Shown here one piece after another: positions 9,204 to 19,479 of a DNA stretch of 64,000 bases (position 1 is its first letter; every line of letters begins with the position of its first letter). The DNA is taken from assembly GCA_965277715.1 (NCBI GenBank), contig OZ255836.1:2848001-2912000 (forward strand), written 5' to 3'. The translations under genes were made by a program, and so were the position numbers. The DNA is from Gammaproteobacteria bacterium (lineage in GTDB: Bacteria; Pseudomonadota; Gammaproteobacteria; JBCCGL01). The notes under the pieces are model-generated. The model was not told the origin of the DNA and made no database searches. It was given only the letters and a program-made list of their open reading frames with translations.

Positions 9204-9744
9204 GGTTGCGCCCTTAGCTCCTCAGCTTTAGATAATAAATCTTTTGTTTTTGACAACCTTTTAATATCTTGTCTATCTGATTTATCGAAATCAGCCTCAT
9301 CAATAACTTTGATACACTGATTAAATGCATCCAACGATTTTGAGTCATCTCCTAGTAAATTAAGAATAATTTGACAGTACCCATCCATTTTTCTGGAATT
9401 AAACTGAGGAAGAGGATTGTCTTGGAATAGAACCCTAAACAGCAGCAATATATGAAATCTAACCTTTTTATATGATGTGTCAATATTTTTTCTTCTAAAA
9501 TGTGTTTCCAACTTATAATAGGCAAAAGCACTAGTATAATATGGAGAATATACATGGTCGTTAGAAAAAATATTCGCCTTTCCCTTATTAATTTTCCCAA
9601 CGAGAGTGCCGAAAAAACTGGTTACTTGATGAGGGTTTTCTAAAAACATTGCGGCAAACGATTTTATTTGATAAGGGACAGTAATGATTTTAGTTTTTAA
9701 TACCGAACTATCACCATTATATTGCTTTGACCTCCTCTCATAAT

Positions 9745-11284
9745 CATGGGTGTACCACTAGAATCCTGCCAGGAAGCTAATAACGCAATGAATAACACCT
9801 GACAAGAGCCGCCATGAGCTACAAATAGTATTTTTTATAATATTTGTACTGTTTTTTTATAAACCGATAACACGCTTTATAATTCATAAAATAAATAAAA
9901 TTATCCAAAAAAACACTTGCATTCACCAGCAGAATTTTTTTTAAAATACCCATTTAATATCTGATTAAATGGGCAAATTGAATATGAACGAAATGATGAC
10001 CGTTGAAGAATATATCACCGAACACTGTAAAATAAGTATGGAAAAAGCAATTGCTGCTGAACGCTTCCCTTTATGGAAAAGATCATGTGATGCCATTGAT
10101 GACGTAGCTTTTTCTCGCCATGGGTTACTTCGCTGTATAAGTCTTGTACATAGTGGTCGTCACTATCTACAGGTTACGGATGAAATATACGACGAGACAA
10201 TTTGTCATTCAAGCTATTTTAACGCATTGAAGTCGACAAGACGGATGAAGATGATGCAAGCCATGGAAAAGCAAAGCTATCAACTGCAAAGTGAGAAATT
10301 ATCTTCTTTGGACATTGATTATTTAAAACAATTTCCTGAACTTGAAGAATATCGAGTAGAAGCAGCTGATGGTCATTTTATACAGCATGCTTGTCACACA
10401 GAGAAAAATCGTCAGGGCAACGTCTTCGCAGCAGGCTTTATTCATGCCTTGAACCTCAGAAATGGACTTCTAAGACCACTTTGTGTCGTGACTAACGGTA
10501 CTGAACGGCACCAGGAAATACCCGCGTTACGTTCTTATATTGAACAACGTTGTGGCGAAAAAGAGACTTGGCAAAAGCATCTCTATATATACGATAAGGC
10601 GGTGACTGATTATGCATGGTGGGAAAAGCAAAAACAGCATCAGAATTTTATGATTTCAGTACTCAAAGAAAATGCAGTTGCAACTTTTGTCAACTCTATA
10701 CCCTATGACCAGGGTAGTGAAATTAATACAGGGGTTGAAGGCTATAGTGTATATAAAAATAAAAAGGTTCAATTTCATATTGTTAAATACCGCGACCCAG
10801 AAACAGGTCAATTACATCAATTTATTTCAACGCTACCAGAGTCAATTAACCCAGGCACTATTGCTATGCTCTATTACAAGCGTTGGACGATAGAAAAATC
10901 ATTCAACAATAGTAAAAGTGATTTCACCGAAAGAAAAGCCTGGTCTTCAAACCTGAATGCGCTGAACAGTCAAATGCGTTTTACTGCTATGGCCTATAAT
11001 ATCATGCGTATTTTTGAAGAAATATCAAAAACAAAAAACCTGGAATGTATTCATCCATCTGATAAAAAATACACTAAAATGCTTGATAAGAGACAACAAA
11101 TTGCCCAGAAAAAAGGCGGCTTTGTTAATCCATTGTTTTTTTACGCTAGAATTACCCGTATATGCTCATTCACCATCCGCTCTCTGCAAAATGCAATAAT
11201 GACAAGAAAGTCCCTTAGAACTATTATGCATAGCTTAGTGAGGCATTTAAAACCTCGACAGCCAGGAATTTTGAAACACTGATG
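9745..11284 (+). mobile_element. IS4-like insertion sequence
   Basis: CAT-starting imperfect TIRs (CATGGGTGTACCA / CATCAGTGTTTCA); perfect 8-bp TSD CTCATAAT (9737-9744, 11285-11292). Confidence 0.9.
9969..11282 (+). CDS. DDE transposase (IS4-like), intact
   Basis: AADGH, YDKA, LYYKRWTIEKSF (YREK-type) motifs. Confidence 0.88.
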   Translation: MGKLNMNEMMTVEEYITEHCKISMEKAIAAERFPLWKRSCDAIDDVAFSRHGLLRCISLVHSGRHYLQVTDEIYDETICHSSYFNALKSTRRMKMMQAMEKQSYQLQSEKLSSLDIDYLKQFPELEEYRVEAADGHFIQHACHTEKNRQGNVFAAGFIHALNLRNGLLRPLCVVTNGTERHQEIPALRSYIEQRCGEKETWQKHLYIYDKAVTDYAWWEKQKQHQNFMISVLKENAVATFVNSIPYDQGSEINTGVEGYSVYKNKKVQFHIVKYRDPETGQLHQFISTLPESINPGTIAMLYYKRWTIEKSFNNSKSDFTERKAWSSNLNALNSQMRFTAMAYNIMRIFEEISKTKNLECIHPSDKKYTKMLDKRQQIAQKKGGFVNPLFFYARITRICSFTIRSLQNAIMTRKSLRTIMHSLVRHLKPRQPGILKH

Positions 11285-12847
11285 CTCATAATAGAGTTTT
11301 GAATCACCACTATATGAATTGTAGTACTCTTCCAAACTTCTTTGAAACATAGTCAGGGATGCCAACTGTTCTTTTTTTATTGGGGTTTGATTATTTGTAG
11401 CTAAAGTAATACGAGTCTTTATTTCATCGCTATCTGTTGCGATTATCTTGATAGGGACATTGACGTTTTTAATGTGTTCACTATTCCTATTGTTAAAAAG
11501 AACATTACTTGTTTGACATCCATTAACGATTTGATAGTCCCTGATAGTAAAACTATCTCCAGTTGGTGAAATTGAACTAGCAACAATAGTTACTCCATTA
11601 TTTAGAACACTAAATAAATCTGAACTGCCCTCATTAAGAGTCTTTTTTATTCCGCTGTTAACATCATTGTTCGAACCCTGAAAGTCCCTAACGTTATCCT
11701 CAAAAACGTTAATCAAGTTATCCTCTTCATCGGTCAATATCTTCTTAAATTCCGAAAATGGGAGCAGGCCAATATACGCTTCTGAAATGCCCTTAATTGA
11801 AGGAAGTGTAACCCTATTGTTAAAATTTATAGTTGTAGAAATCGCCTCTTTAGTCTTTCGAAATGACGCAGCAATTTCCTTCGCTCCATAAGGGTTAAAT
11901 AGAACCTTTTCAAAAAGATTTAGTTGCTCCAACTCATTGATGCCTTGACTAATCACGGCAGAAAGGTTTTGATCACCAGTCCACTTGCCTGTGTTGCAAT
12001 AAAACAACTTTATTATTGGGTTTTCCTTGAAATGGGGTGCTTTAGAATATATGTGGTCTGAAATATCTGCAATTCGCATAACGTCTGCGTTTCGCATAAG
12101 GGATGGTTTTAGGGCGAAAAAATCTTTCACCCCAAAAATAAAGGTACTTAGATCCCCGTTACTATAACTCGAGGAAGTCTTCGATTGAACAAATACATAA
12201 TTCACTTCCAAAGAAGAGTTCTTCTCAAGTAAATCATCTACTTCATCTTTGTCCTCAATCAATTGTCCGTTTACTATAATTGCGATACCATCAAGCCCTG
12301 TATCGCCACCGTCACCTACGGTTACTTGGCCAATATCGAAGGTTTTAGTATACTCATTTGAAATAATGCAGTAATTTGCTAACTTTTCAAAATCTTTTGA
12401 TTCACCTTCAGAGTTTAGTTCTTGATTACTTAGGAGCTCACTAATCAAACTTTGTGTAATTCTATCCATTTTTAACCCTTCAAAATAATTGTAATATAAA
12501 ATTCATGGCTGATTTATATAGCCATACTTTCTCTCATTTTAATGCTGAAAATAATAAAAATGCCTTTAGTATTTATTATTGTTATTTTCCAGCCATAGTT
12601 AGAGTAGCATATTTATGGTTTTCGAAAATGACTTCGCTATGAGTAAACCATCATTTCTCACGTCTATATCTGAATTTGTGCAGATGCGTCGATACAGAAA
12701 GCGCACTATAATTGCTTGCATTTCCGAATTAAGGTATTCGTAATTTTGAATTGTAAAACACTCGAAAGACCTAGGCAACAGGTAAAATAGAAGAAATTTC
12801 TTAGCTGTTTATTATTCACCATCTGGCCATCATGTGAATTCTCTTAC

Positions 12848-13744
12848 CTAAATTAAATGGCCGCTGTTGAGACGCTCAACCTTCTCCAAACAAAGCCTTT
12901 CCACCATCCCCTGCAAACACTCAACCCGCTCAGCCAACCACTTAAGCTCCTCCTCTGTAATTTCATAATGCTCAGAATAACGGGCATCGACATACGCCTT
13001 TTTCAACAACTGAAACCGGCGGCGCTGAACTTTGGTATCTTGCGGAAAAACTCCGGCAATATCTTCATACTGCAAAATAGCCAGGGAGTTAAGTTGTTGC
13101 AAATTGTGGGTATTGGGTTTGTAGTTGGTGACTACCAATAGCAGGCAGGAATATAGACGCTCTGCGACTTGATGTAGCAGAAAAGCGGCAATTTTAACCT
13201 CCCCATCTTTTATTGCGTACTGATATTGTTTGAAGAATCCATTAGCACTTTCAAACCATTGCTTATAATGCTTTTCCGCAACGGCTTTATATTGCGCCGC
13301 TGATAAATTACCCTCTTGCACCAACTCAGTTTTGTCAAATTCATACAGCAAAACGCCCTGCTGTTTAATATCAGAAAAAAAATACTGCCCCTCCATTAAG
13401 GCATTATTCACTTCCTTCAGGGTATGTACCAGAATGTTGATAGGGGGCCGCACACGCAGGGCAACTCGCTCATCAACGGCATTCCAGAGTTTATAGTCCT
13501 CCACTAATTCGGCTTTATTCAGAATCACCAGAATATCGTAATCGCTGACGTAACCGTGGGCCGGATCATTCACCCACTTACCCGTGGCAAAACTGCCAAA
13601 CAGAATAATCTTGGCGATACGGCTGTGCTTTTTCTTGCCGTTGGCAAAGCCGGTTACTTGCTCAAATTCGTCGCGTATTACTGAAACGATATGGGCAATA
13701 TCATTTTGCTTGGAGGTGGGTAAATGATCGAGGGATCGCTGCAT
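12848..13744 (-). CDS. Fused nucleotidyltransferase (MNT) and HEPN domain protein
   Basis: ILFGSFATG...SDYDILV N-terminal NTase; AAFLLHQ...NTHNL...AYVDARY HEPN domain. Confidence 0.88.
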   Translation of the reverse strand: MQRSLDHLPTSKQNDIAHIVSVIRDEFEQVTGFANGKKKHSRIAKIILFGSFATGKWVNDPAHGYVSDYDILVILNKAELVEDYKLWNAVDERVALRVRPPINILVHTLKEVNNALMEGQYFFSDIKQQGVLLYEFDKTELVQEGNLSAAQYKAVAEKHYKQWFESANGFFKQYQYAIKDGEVKIAAFLLHQVAERLYSCLLLVVTNYKPNTHNLQQLNSLAILQYEDIAGVFPQDTKVQRRRFQLLKKAYVDARYSEHYEITEEELKWLAERVECLQGMVERLCLEKVERLNSGHLI

Positions 13745-13862
13745 AAGGGCATTATACCCGCGTAATGTAATGATGGGAAAACGCTTCGTATTACCGTGTC
13801 CTATGCTTGTATTAACGTACTAACGACCATCAATTAGCACTTACCTCCTCTACATCTCCTAT

Positions 13863-14162
13863 TTATGACGCTAAGGGCGCAGAATTTTGCCCAATACCAT
13901 CAAGATTTTCTTCAGGGGAACGGTATTTTTTATTCAACGCTTTTTCCATATCTTGTATGGCATTGGCCAGCAGCGTGACAATATAACCCCCTCCCGCCTC
14001 TGCGCTATCAAAATCACTTAATTGTGGATTGGTATCCAGTGACTTACCGATAAAGTGCAATGAGCTGGCGATAAACGACAAGGTGTCGATAGGGTTGTCT
14101 TCTACTACGGCTAAAATAGAACGTTGTATTTCTCGCTTAGTGGGCGGGAGGGTATTGGGCAT
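13863..14162 (-). CDS. Hypothetical 99-aa protein behind a structured leader
   Basis: GAGGA RBS before ATG 14162; no recognisable domain. Confidence 0.55.
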   Translation of the reverse strand: MPNTLPPTKREIQRSILAVVEDNPIDTLSFIASSLHFIGKSLDTNPQLSDFDSAEAGGGYIVTLLANAIQDMEKALNKKYRSPEENLDGIGQNSAPLAS

Positions 14163-14300
14163 GGTGGTTTCCTCTTTGGGTGTGTTTAACCACCACGGAG
14201 GTCTCAATCTCCATTTGGTGTCAGACCAACAGGGTTGAGACTACCGACCCAAAGAGCGGCCCACCCGAAGGCGGCCCCATTAGCCTGATGCTCCGTGGGT
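14163..14300 (-). promoter_or_regulatory. Structured leader resembling c4-a1b1/phage antisense-target leaders
   Basis: Complementary pairs CTCTTTGGGT/ACCCAAAGAG (covers RBS), GTCTCAA/TTGAGAC, CCACGGAG/CTCCGTGG, and a cUUCGg hairpin. Confidence 0.55.
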
Positions 14301-14981
14301 ATAGGCTGCGCCCGCTGTCAGCAATTCACTAAAATCATTGGTCATGGGGTAGTCGTTGTGTGCCAATGGCGGCAACTGGCTGTCTGGCTGTCGCACGCCG
14401 ATTACGTAGCCGACGCCATTGGCTTTTGCGCTGGCTAGTACTTGGCGGTTGTCGTCGATAAAGAGGCTGCGGGCTAGGTCGATGCTTTGGCTTTGCGCTA
14501 AGCTGCGCCAATACTGGTGGTGTTCTTTGGCATAACCGTAGTCGTGCGAGCTGCTGATATCATCGAAAAAAGGCTGCAAGCCGGTTTTCTCGAATTTTAA
14601 ATCGATGGTGGCGCGGTGGGCGTTGGTGGCCAGTACGATGCGTTTGTTGCCAGCGCGCAGGTGTTTGAGGAAGGCGATGGCGCCTTCGCGTACGGCAATT
14701 TTATCGGACACTTGCCGTTTGAGGGCGAGTATGTCAACGGTGAATACATCGCTCCAATAATCGATACAGTAACCAGGCAGGGTGCCAAAGGCTTCGCGCA
14801 GTTTGGGCAGTACGTATTGTTTGGCCGATTGCAGCGAAATGCCCTCGCGTTCGCTGACTTTGAGTGGCAGGAATTCCAGCCAGAAATAGCTGTCATAGTG
14901 CAAATCGAGCAGTGTGCCGTCCATGTCGAGTAACACGGTATCGATGTGCTGCCAGTCAACGGTGAGTGGTGGGTGTGCCAT
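14280..14981 (-). CDS. yrfG: GMP/IMP nucleotidase (HAD family)
   Basis: DTVLLDMDGTLLDLHYD, TNAH, SSHDYGYAKE, LFIDD. Confidence 0.85.
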   Translation of the reverse strand: MAHPPLTVDWQHIDTVLLDMDGTLLDLHYDSYFWLEFLPLKVSEREGISLQSAKQYVLPKLREAFGTLPGYCIDYWSDVFTVDILALKRQVSDKIAVREGAIAFLKHLRAGNKRIVLATNAHRATIDLKFEKTGLQPFFDDISSSHDYGYAKEHHQYWRSLAQSQSIDLARSLFIDDNRQVLASAKANGVGYVIGVRQPDSQLPPLAHNDYPMTNDFSELLTAGAAYTHGASG

Positions 14982-15073
14982 ATTAATTTCGGTTAGATGA
15001 GTCGTTTGCCTTTTGTATTGGCGAATGCGGTAGCATAATACACGTTGCAACACGTGACTAAACAGGATTCCCC

Positions 15074-15508
15074 ATGCCATCCAAACATTATTCAACACCC
15101 GATAAAGCAGAGGCCGCTTTTTACGAGGCATTTCAGCAGGGTGATCTGTATGCAATGATGGATGTCTGGTCAGACGACGATAGCATCGTCTGTATCCACC
15201 CCGGTGCGCCCCGGTTGGAAGGTGAGGAGATGGTGCGGGAAGGCTGGCGGCAGATACTGGAAAACAGTATTGGTCTGGAATTTGTCCTCACCGATATACA
15301 GGCCACTGAAGATGACCTTTTATCGATACACATGGTGCGTGAGGAAATCAATATCGACGGTGAATTTTCCGGTGTGATGCTGGTCACTAATATCTACCGG
15401 CGCGTCGATGATAAGGGGTGGCGCATGATGCTGCACCACGCATCACCAGAACCAGAGCCGTTTTACGATGAACTCGAAATGCCCTACGAAGAAGTCGTGT
15501 TGCACTAA
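15074..15508 (+). CDS. SnoaL-like/NTF2 family protein
   Basis: AFYEAF...CIHPG...TNIYRR...WRMMLHHASP. Confidence 0.8.
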   Translation: MPSKHYSTPDKAEAAFYEAFQQGDLYAMMDVWSDDDSIVCIHPGAPRLEGEEMVREGWRQILENSIGLEFVLTDIQATEDDLLSIHMVREEINIDGEFSGVMLVTNIYRRVDDKGWRMMLHHASPEPEPFYDELEMPYEEVVLH

Positions 15509-15579
15509 CCTTTTAACGCTATGTCACAATTAAGCGCCTGCCTTGTTCGGGTGCGGCCATTGTTGTTGCGCGTACGCTA

Positions 15580-16392
15580 ATGTCCAGCCGTTCATTCGTC
15601 TTTGATATAACTCCGGAAAACTTTGCGACTATGGTGTTGCAAAACTCGGAAAAAGGCCCGGTATTGGTCTATTACCTGTCACCTAACGCAGGGCCGTGCA
15701 TGATGTTACTGCCGAGGCTGGTGAACCTGGCGGAAGAGTTCGGCGGGCGTTTCCTGTTGACGTTGTTGAACATCGATGAGTACAGATTATTTGCACAGCA
15801 TCGTGGCATTACCAGCATCCCAACGGTACAGATCTATCAACATGGTGACGTTGTCGAGACAGTTAACAGCGCCTGGTCAGAACAATACTTTCGCAACGTA
15901 CTGGATAAATACTTGCCACGCAAAGCGATCCCTGAAGTCAGTGGCCTATCCGACCGCGCCCACCAGGGCTACCGCACCGTACTCGACCGGGCCAAACAAC
16001 AGATGCAGACAGGGGACATCTTCAGCGCTTATGAAATGCTGGAAAAACTCCCGGAAGCCGCCCGCCGTGACCCGGAAATTGACCTACTAACAACCCACCT
16101 CGGCTTAATCTGCACCGCCGAGCGGGCGCCAACAATCAATACACTACTGGAACAACAGCGCAAGCACCCGGAAAACCCTGATATTGCCCAGCAACTGGCT
16201 GCGCGTTACTTAATACAGGATGAATATGAAAAATCACTCGGTGTGTTGAGTGAACTGCTAAGCCACCGTGATGTGCCGGTGCAACAAAAAGCACACCGCG
16301 CCATGCTGGCTATTTTTGCCTTACTGGGGCCTGAGCATAAGCTGGTACAAAAGTTTCACACAATAACAATGGGCGACTCGTTTAGCACCTGA
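15580..16392 (+). CDS. Thioredoxin-TPR protein (YbbN/CnoX-like)
   Basis: Trx fold with NAGPC in place of WCGPC, SIPTV, helical TPR C-terminus. Confidence 0.75.
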   Translation: MSSRSFVFDITPENFATMVLQNSEKGPVLVYYLSPNAGPCMMLLPRLVNLAEEFGGRFLLTLLNIDEYRLFAQHRGITSIPTVQIYQHGDVVETVNSAWSEQYFRNVLDKYLPRKAIPEVSGLSDRAHQGYRTVLDRAKQQMQTGDIFSAYEMLEKLPEAARRDPEIDLLTTHLGLICTAERAPTINTLLEQQRKHPENPDIAQQLAARYLIQDEYEKSLGVLSELLSHRDVPVQQKAHRAMLAIFALLGPEHKLVQKFHTITMGDSFST

Positions 16393-16501
16393 ACTAACCC
16401 CTATTTTTGAATTGAGAACGCCTCTAAGAGTCTGTCGGCTTTTCCGCAGTAGAGCAACCCTGAATCCGGCCGGTTCCTGGGTCAGAAGGAGTACATCAGA
16501 G

Positions 16502-16583
16502 GCACAACCCCATGCTACCAGCAGTCAGTGTCAATCTGCTTTCCACAGAAACAGTTGGCGTACTACAGCATTGATTAGCAAGG
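16502..16583 (-). repeat. Dispersed ~82-bp repeat; second copy at 41676-41757
   Basis: Reverse complement aligns with 41676-41757 (CCTTGCTAATCAAT...GTACGCCAACTGTTTCTGT.GAAAG...TGCTGGTAG...GGGTTGTGC). Confidence 0.8.
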
Positions 16584-16630
16584 TATTCTCACGGCCTGTA
16601 CCACACTCATCTGCGGCCCAATTGTTCAGT

Positions 16631-17791
16631 TCACCGTGCAATAGCACCCTCAGTAACAGCACGCTTAATCCGAGCCACCGCCTCCTCTAAATTAGTACGG
16701 GTACAGCCAAAATTAATCCGCTGAAAACGCGGATCACCAAACTGCGCCCCATCTGAAAAACCTAACCCGTGTTGCAAAAACAACCCGTGTGCATCATCTG
16801 TGGCCAGCGCCTGAGTATCGATCCAACCGAGATAACTGGCCTCGACATGCGGCATAGACAAACCGGGTATTTGCGCCACTTCCGCCTGCAAAAAGTCACG
16901 GTTGGCGCGCAAATAATCCAGCAGCGCCTGATGCCAGGCATCCCCATCGCGGTAGGCCGCCAACGCCGCAGCATAGGCCAGCGCGCTAACCGGCGGTGCA
17001 GCACCGCCAATCGAACCGCTAAATTTTTTGCGCAAAGCCGGATCTGAAATAATCGCAAATGAGCAGTTCACCCCAGCGAGGTTAAAGGTTTTGCTGGGTG
17101 CCATCAGCGTAATGATATTGTGCTGGTAATCTGGGCAGGCAACGGCGGTGGGGGTATGCCGGGCACCGTGGTCGAGCACCAGCTCACAGTGAATCTCATC
17201 AGAACAAATTTGGATACCGTGCTGCGCACAAATACGGCCCAGCTCAGCCAGTTCGTCGGCGCGAAATAAAGTGCCGACCGGATTGTGGGGACTGCACAGT
17301 AACAGCATCCGTGTACGCGGGGTGATGGCGGCGCAAATGGCATCAAAATCGAACGTCCAGCGACCATCGACACAGTGCAGCGGTGCATTCACTAAGGTGC
17401 GCAATGACTTCTCTGGCACGGTAATTAAATGGTGGTAAACAGGTGGATTGATAATGACTTCATCGCCGATCTCACCGGCTGTGCGGCAGCTCGCCGCCAG
17501 CCCCGGCACAACGCCGGGTATCCAGACAATCCAATCCGCCTCGATAGACCAGTTGTAACGCTGTTGCAGCCGCGCTACAACCACCTCGGCCAGGCCTGGC
17601 TTGGGTGTCGCGTAACCAAAAATACCGTGGTCAACCTCCTGGTGGAGTGCCTGAATTACCGCCGGGGCAGTCTGGAAATCCATATCGGCAACCCACAGAG
17701 GCAGTACCGGGGAGGGGTATTTATTCCATTTATAATTGGCGTGGGAACGGCGGTCTATCGGTGTATCAAAATCGAAATGTGTAGCGGTCAT
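16631..17791 (-). CDS. PatB/MalY-family PLP-dependent C-S lyase/aminotransferase
   Basis: PLWVADMDF, CSPHNPVG, SDEIH, APSKTFNLAG. Confidence 0.9.
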   Translation of the reverse strand: MTATHFDFDTPIDRRSHANYKWNKYPSPVLPLWVADMDFQTAPAVIQALHQEVDHGIFGYATPKPGLAEVVVARLQQRYNWSIEADWIVWIPGVVPGLAASCRTAGEIGDEVIINPPVYHHLITVPEKSLRTLVNAPLHCVDGRWTFDFDAICAAITPRTRMLLLCSPHNPVGTLFRADELAELGRICAQHGIQICSDEIHCELVLDHGARHTPTAVACPDYQHNIITLMAPSKTFNLAGVNCSFAIISDPALRKKFSGSIGGAAPPVSALAYAAALAAYRDGDAWHQALLDYLRANRDFLQAEVAQIPGLSMPHVEASYLGWIDTQALATDDAHGLFLQHGLGFSDGAQFGDPRFQRINFGCTRTNLEEAVARIKRAVTEGAIAR

Positions 17792-17846
17792 CAGTATTTT
17801 TTAAATAAAGCGTGGGTGTGGGTAACGAGTTTACAGCATTCAGATG

Positions 17847-18647
17847 TTAGCGTTTTCCCGGTTTATTGGCGACACGGCGCTTGGCAGCCTGCCAGAACTG
17901 ATCCAGTTGTTCGGCGTCACAGTCGCTTAAATCCTGCTTGGCGTGGGCCGCGTCCGCCTCGACGCTTTCAAAACGCCGCTGGAATTTATCATTGGCCTTG
18001 CGCAGTGCCTGCTCGGCATCGACCTGGGTGTGGCGTGCCAGGTTGACCACGGCAAACAACAAATCCCCCACTTCTTCTTCAATACGCGCCTGGGAACCAT
18101 CGAGCACTTCCTCACACTCCGCTAGCTCCTCGCGGATTTTTTCATTGACGGCGGCCACCGATTTCCAATCAAAACCGACGTGGGCGGCGCGCTTGCCAAT
18201 TTTTTGTGCGCGCGACAAAGCGGGCAGTGCCCGTGCAATGCCCGACAATGCGGAAGGCCTGCCACCAATTGCCTTTTCACGGCGTTCCCTGGATTTTTGC
18301 TGTTCCCAGGCGGTGTGCAGATCAGCCTCGCGCTGGGGCTGGTCTGTAAACACATGCGGGTGTCGGCGCACCATCTTATCGCAAATGGCGGAGACTACAT
18401 CGTCGAAGCTAAACGCCCCTGACTCTTTGGCGATTTGTGCATGAAAGACAACATTGAGTAGCAGGTCGCCCAGTTCATCGCGCAGATCGTCTGAATTGCC
18501 ATGCTGTATTGCATCGCTGACTTCGTAGGCCTCTTCAATGGTATAGGGGGCAATCGAGGCGAAGGTTTGTTTCTTATCCCAGGGACAACCGCTGTCTGGG
18601 TCGCGCAGTTGCGCCATAATATCGAGCAGTGCGCGAATATCATTCAT
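17847..18647 (-). CDS. mazG: Nucleoside triphosphate pyrophosphohydrolase
   Basis: LRDPDSGCPWD, EEAYEV, ELGDLL, RRHPHVF; start taken at MNDIR. Confidence 0.93.
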   Translation of the reverse strand: MNDIRALLDIMAQLRDPDSGCPWDKKQTFASIAPYTIEEAYEVSDAIQHGNSDDLRDELGDLLLNVVFHAQIAKESGAFSFDDVVSAICDKMVRRHPHVFTDQPQREADLHTAWEQQKSRERREKAIGGRPSALSGIARALPALSRAQKIGKRAAHVGFDWKSVAAVNEKIREELAECEEVLDGSQARIEEEVGDLLFAVVNLARHTQVDAEQALRKANDKFQRRFESVEADAAHAKQDLSDCDAEQLDQFWQAAKRRVANKPGKR

Positions 18648-18663
18648 CGGGGGTAACGGATTA

Positions 18664-19233
18664 TTAGTTGAAGGTAATGCGGATGCCGACATGCGCCTGA
18701 TCGTCAAACTCAATGCCGTCGAGTGAGTCAAAATCGGCTTCGAGCAGTCGGTAACCGACAAACACACGCGCCGTCTCAACAACCTCAAACTCATAGCGAA
18801 ACGATATCTCGGCGAGTTTTTCAGTATCACCAAAGCTGGTGATTTCCGGGGCGTAATGCCCTTCCAGTGTGGCAGCCATCGGCACCGACGCCGGGATGGT
18901 GTAGCGGATCTGGCCACCGATGGCAATGCTGCCGAGGTCAAGATCGCTGACATCGTACTTGCCCAGATAAGCTTTGGCACCAATGCCAAACTGCCATGGA
19001 TGATCAGCACCGGCAGGTTCGCCAACCACCATAAAATTGGCGTTGAGGATAAAGTCGTCGCTGTTGTTAAAAAATACACCGTAGCCAATGTCGGTGCCGT
19101 TTTCACCAAAATCAGCATCGTTTTGAAGATAAACCAACGAGGCTGCTTCATCGTTGAGGCTAATGTCGAAACCAGAAGCCTGTGCAACGCCACTGCCGAT
19201 CAGCAGCAGTGAGGCCAGTGTTCGCTTGATCAT
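18664..19233 (-). CDS. YfaZ-family outer membrane beta-barrel protein
   Basis: Signal peptide, YAPEITSFGD, VFVGYR, terminal aromatic strand. Confidence 0.75.
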   Translation of the reverse strand: MIKRTLASLLLIGSGVAQASGFDISLNDEAASLVYLQNDADFGENGTDIGYGVFFNNSDDFILNANFMVVGEPAGADHPWQFGIGAKAYLGKYDVSDLDLGSIAIGGQIRYTIPASVPMAATLEGHYAPEITSFGDTEKLAEISFRYEFEVVETARVFVGYRLLEADFDSLDGIEFDDQAHVGIRITFN

Positions 19234-19479
19234 ACGTCGCCTGCATGTGTTGTGATTGACCTATGTAGTGTATGTGCTGTCTGTGTGGTTAATCAAGTAA
19301 TATCCTTAATTATTTTTTCAAAAAATACTTTTAAATACGATGAGTTACAGAGCTTTTTTAAGGTGTTTTAGAATATTTCTTTCAGAATCAGGGAGCTAGC
19401 GGGTTCGGTGTTTGTTATGCAGCACGCGGGTTAATATCGTATTGTTGCCTTATCCATACACTCGAAGTGCTATCAAACA

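Larger units (their letters stand above)
9176..12469 (-). pseudogene. AIPR-family (abortive infection phage resistance) protein interrupted by IS4
   Basis: NVRDFQG, LNNGVTIV, QIVNGCQTS motifs; removing the IS and one TSD restores LYYE|RRSKQY in frame. Confidence 0.9.

Noticed and set aside
16393-16408. AAAATAGGGGTTAG on the minus strand as another junction motif copy
   Set aside because: Degenerate and isolated; could be chance.
16440-16500. SRP RNA-like segment
   Set aside because: Lacks the conserved CAGG...GGAAGGAAGCAG helix.
17847-19193. 448-aa extended MazG ORF
   Set aside because: The N-terminal extension overlaps the YfaZ-like gene in another frame; the real start is 18647.
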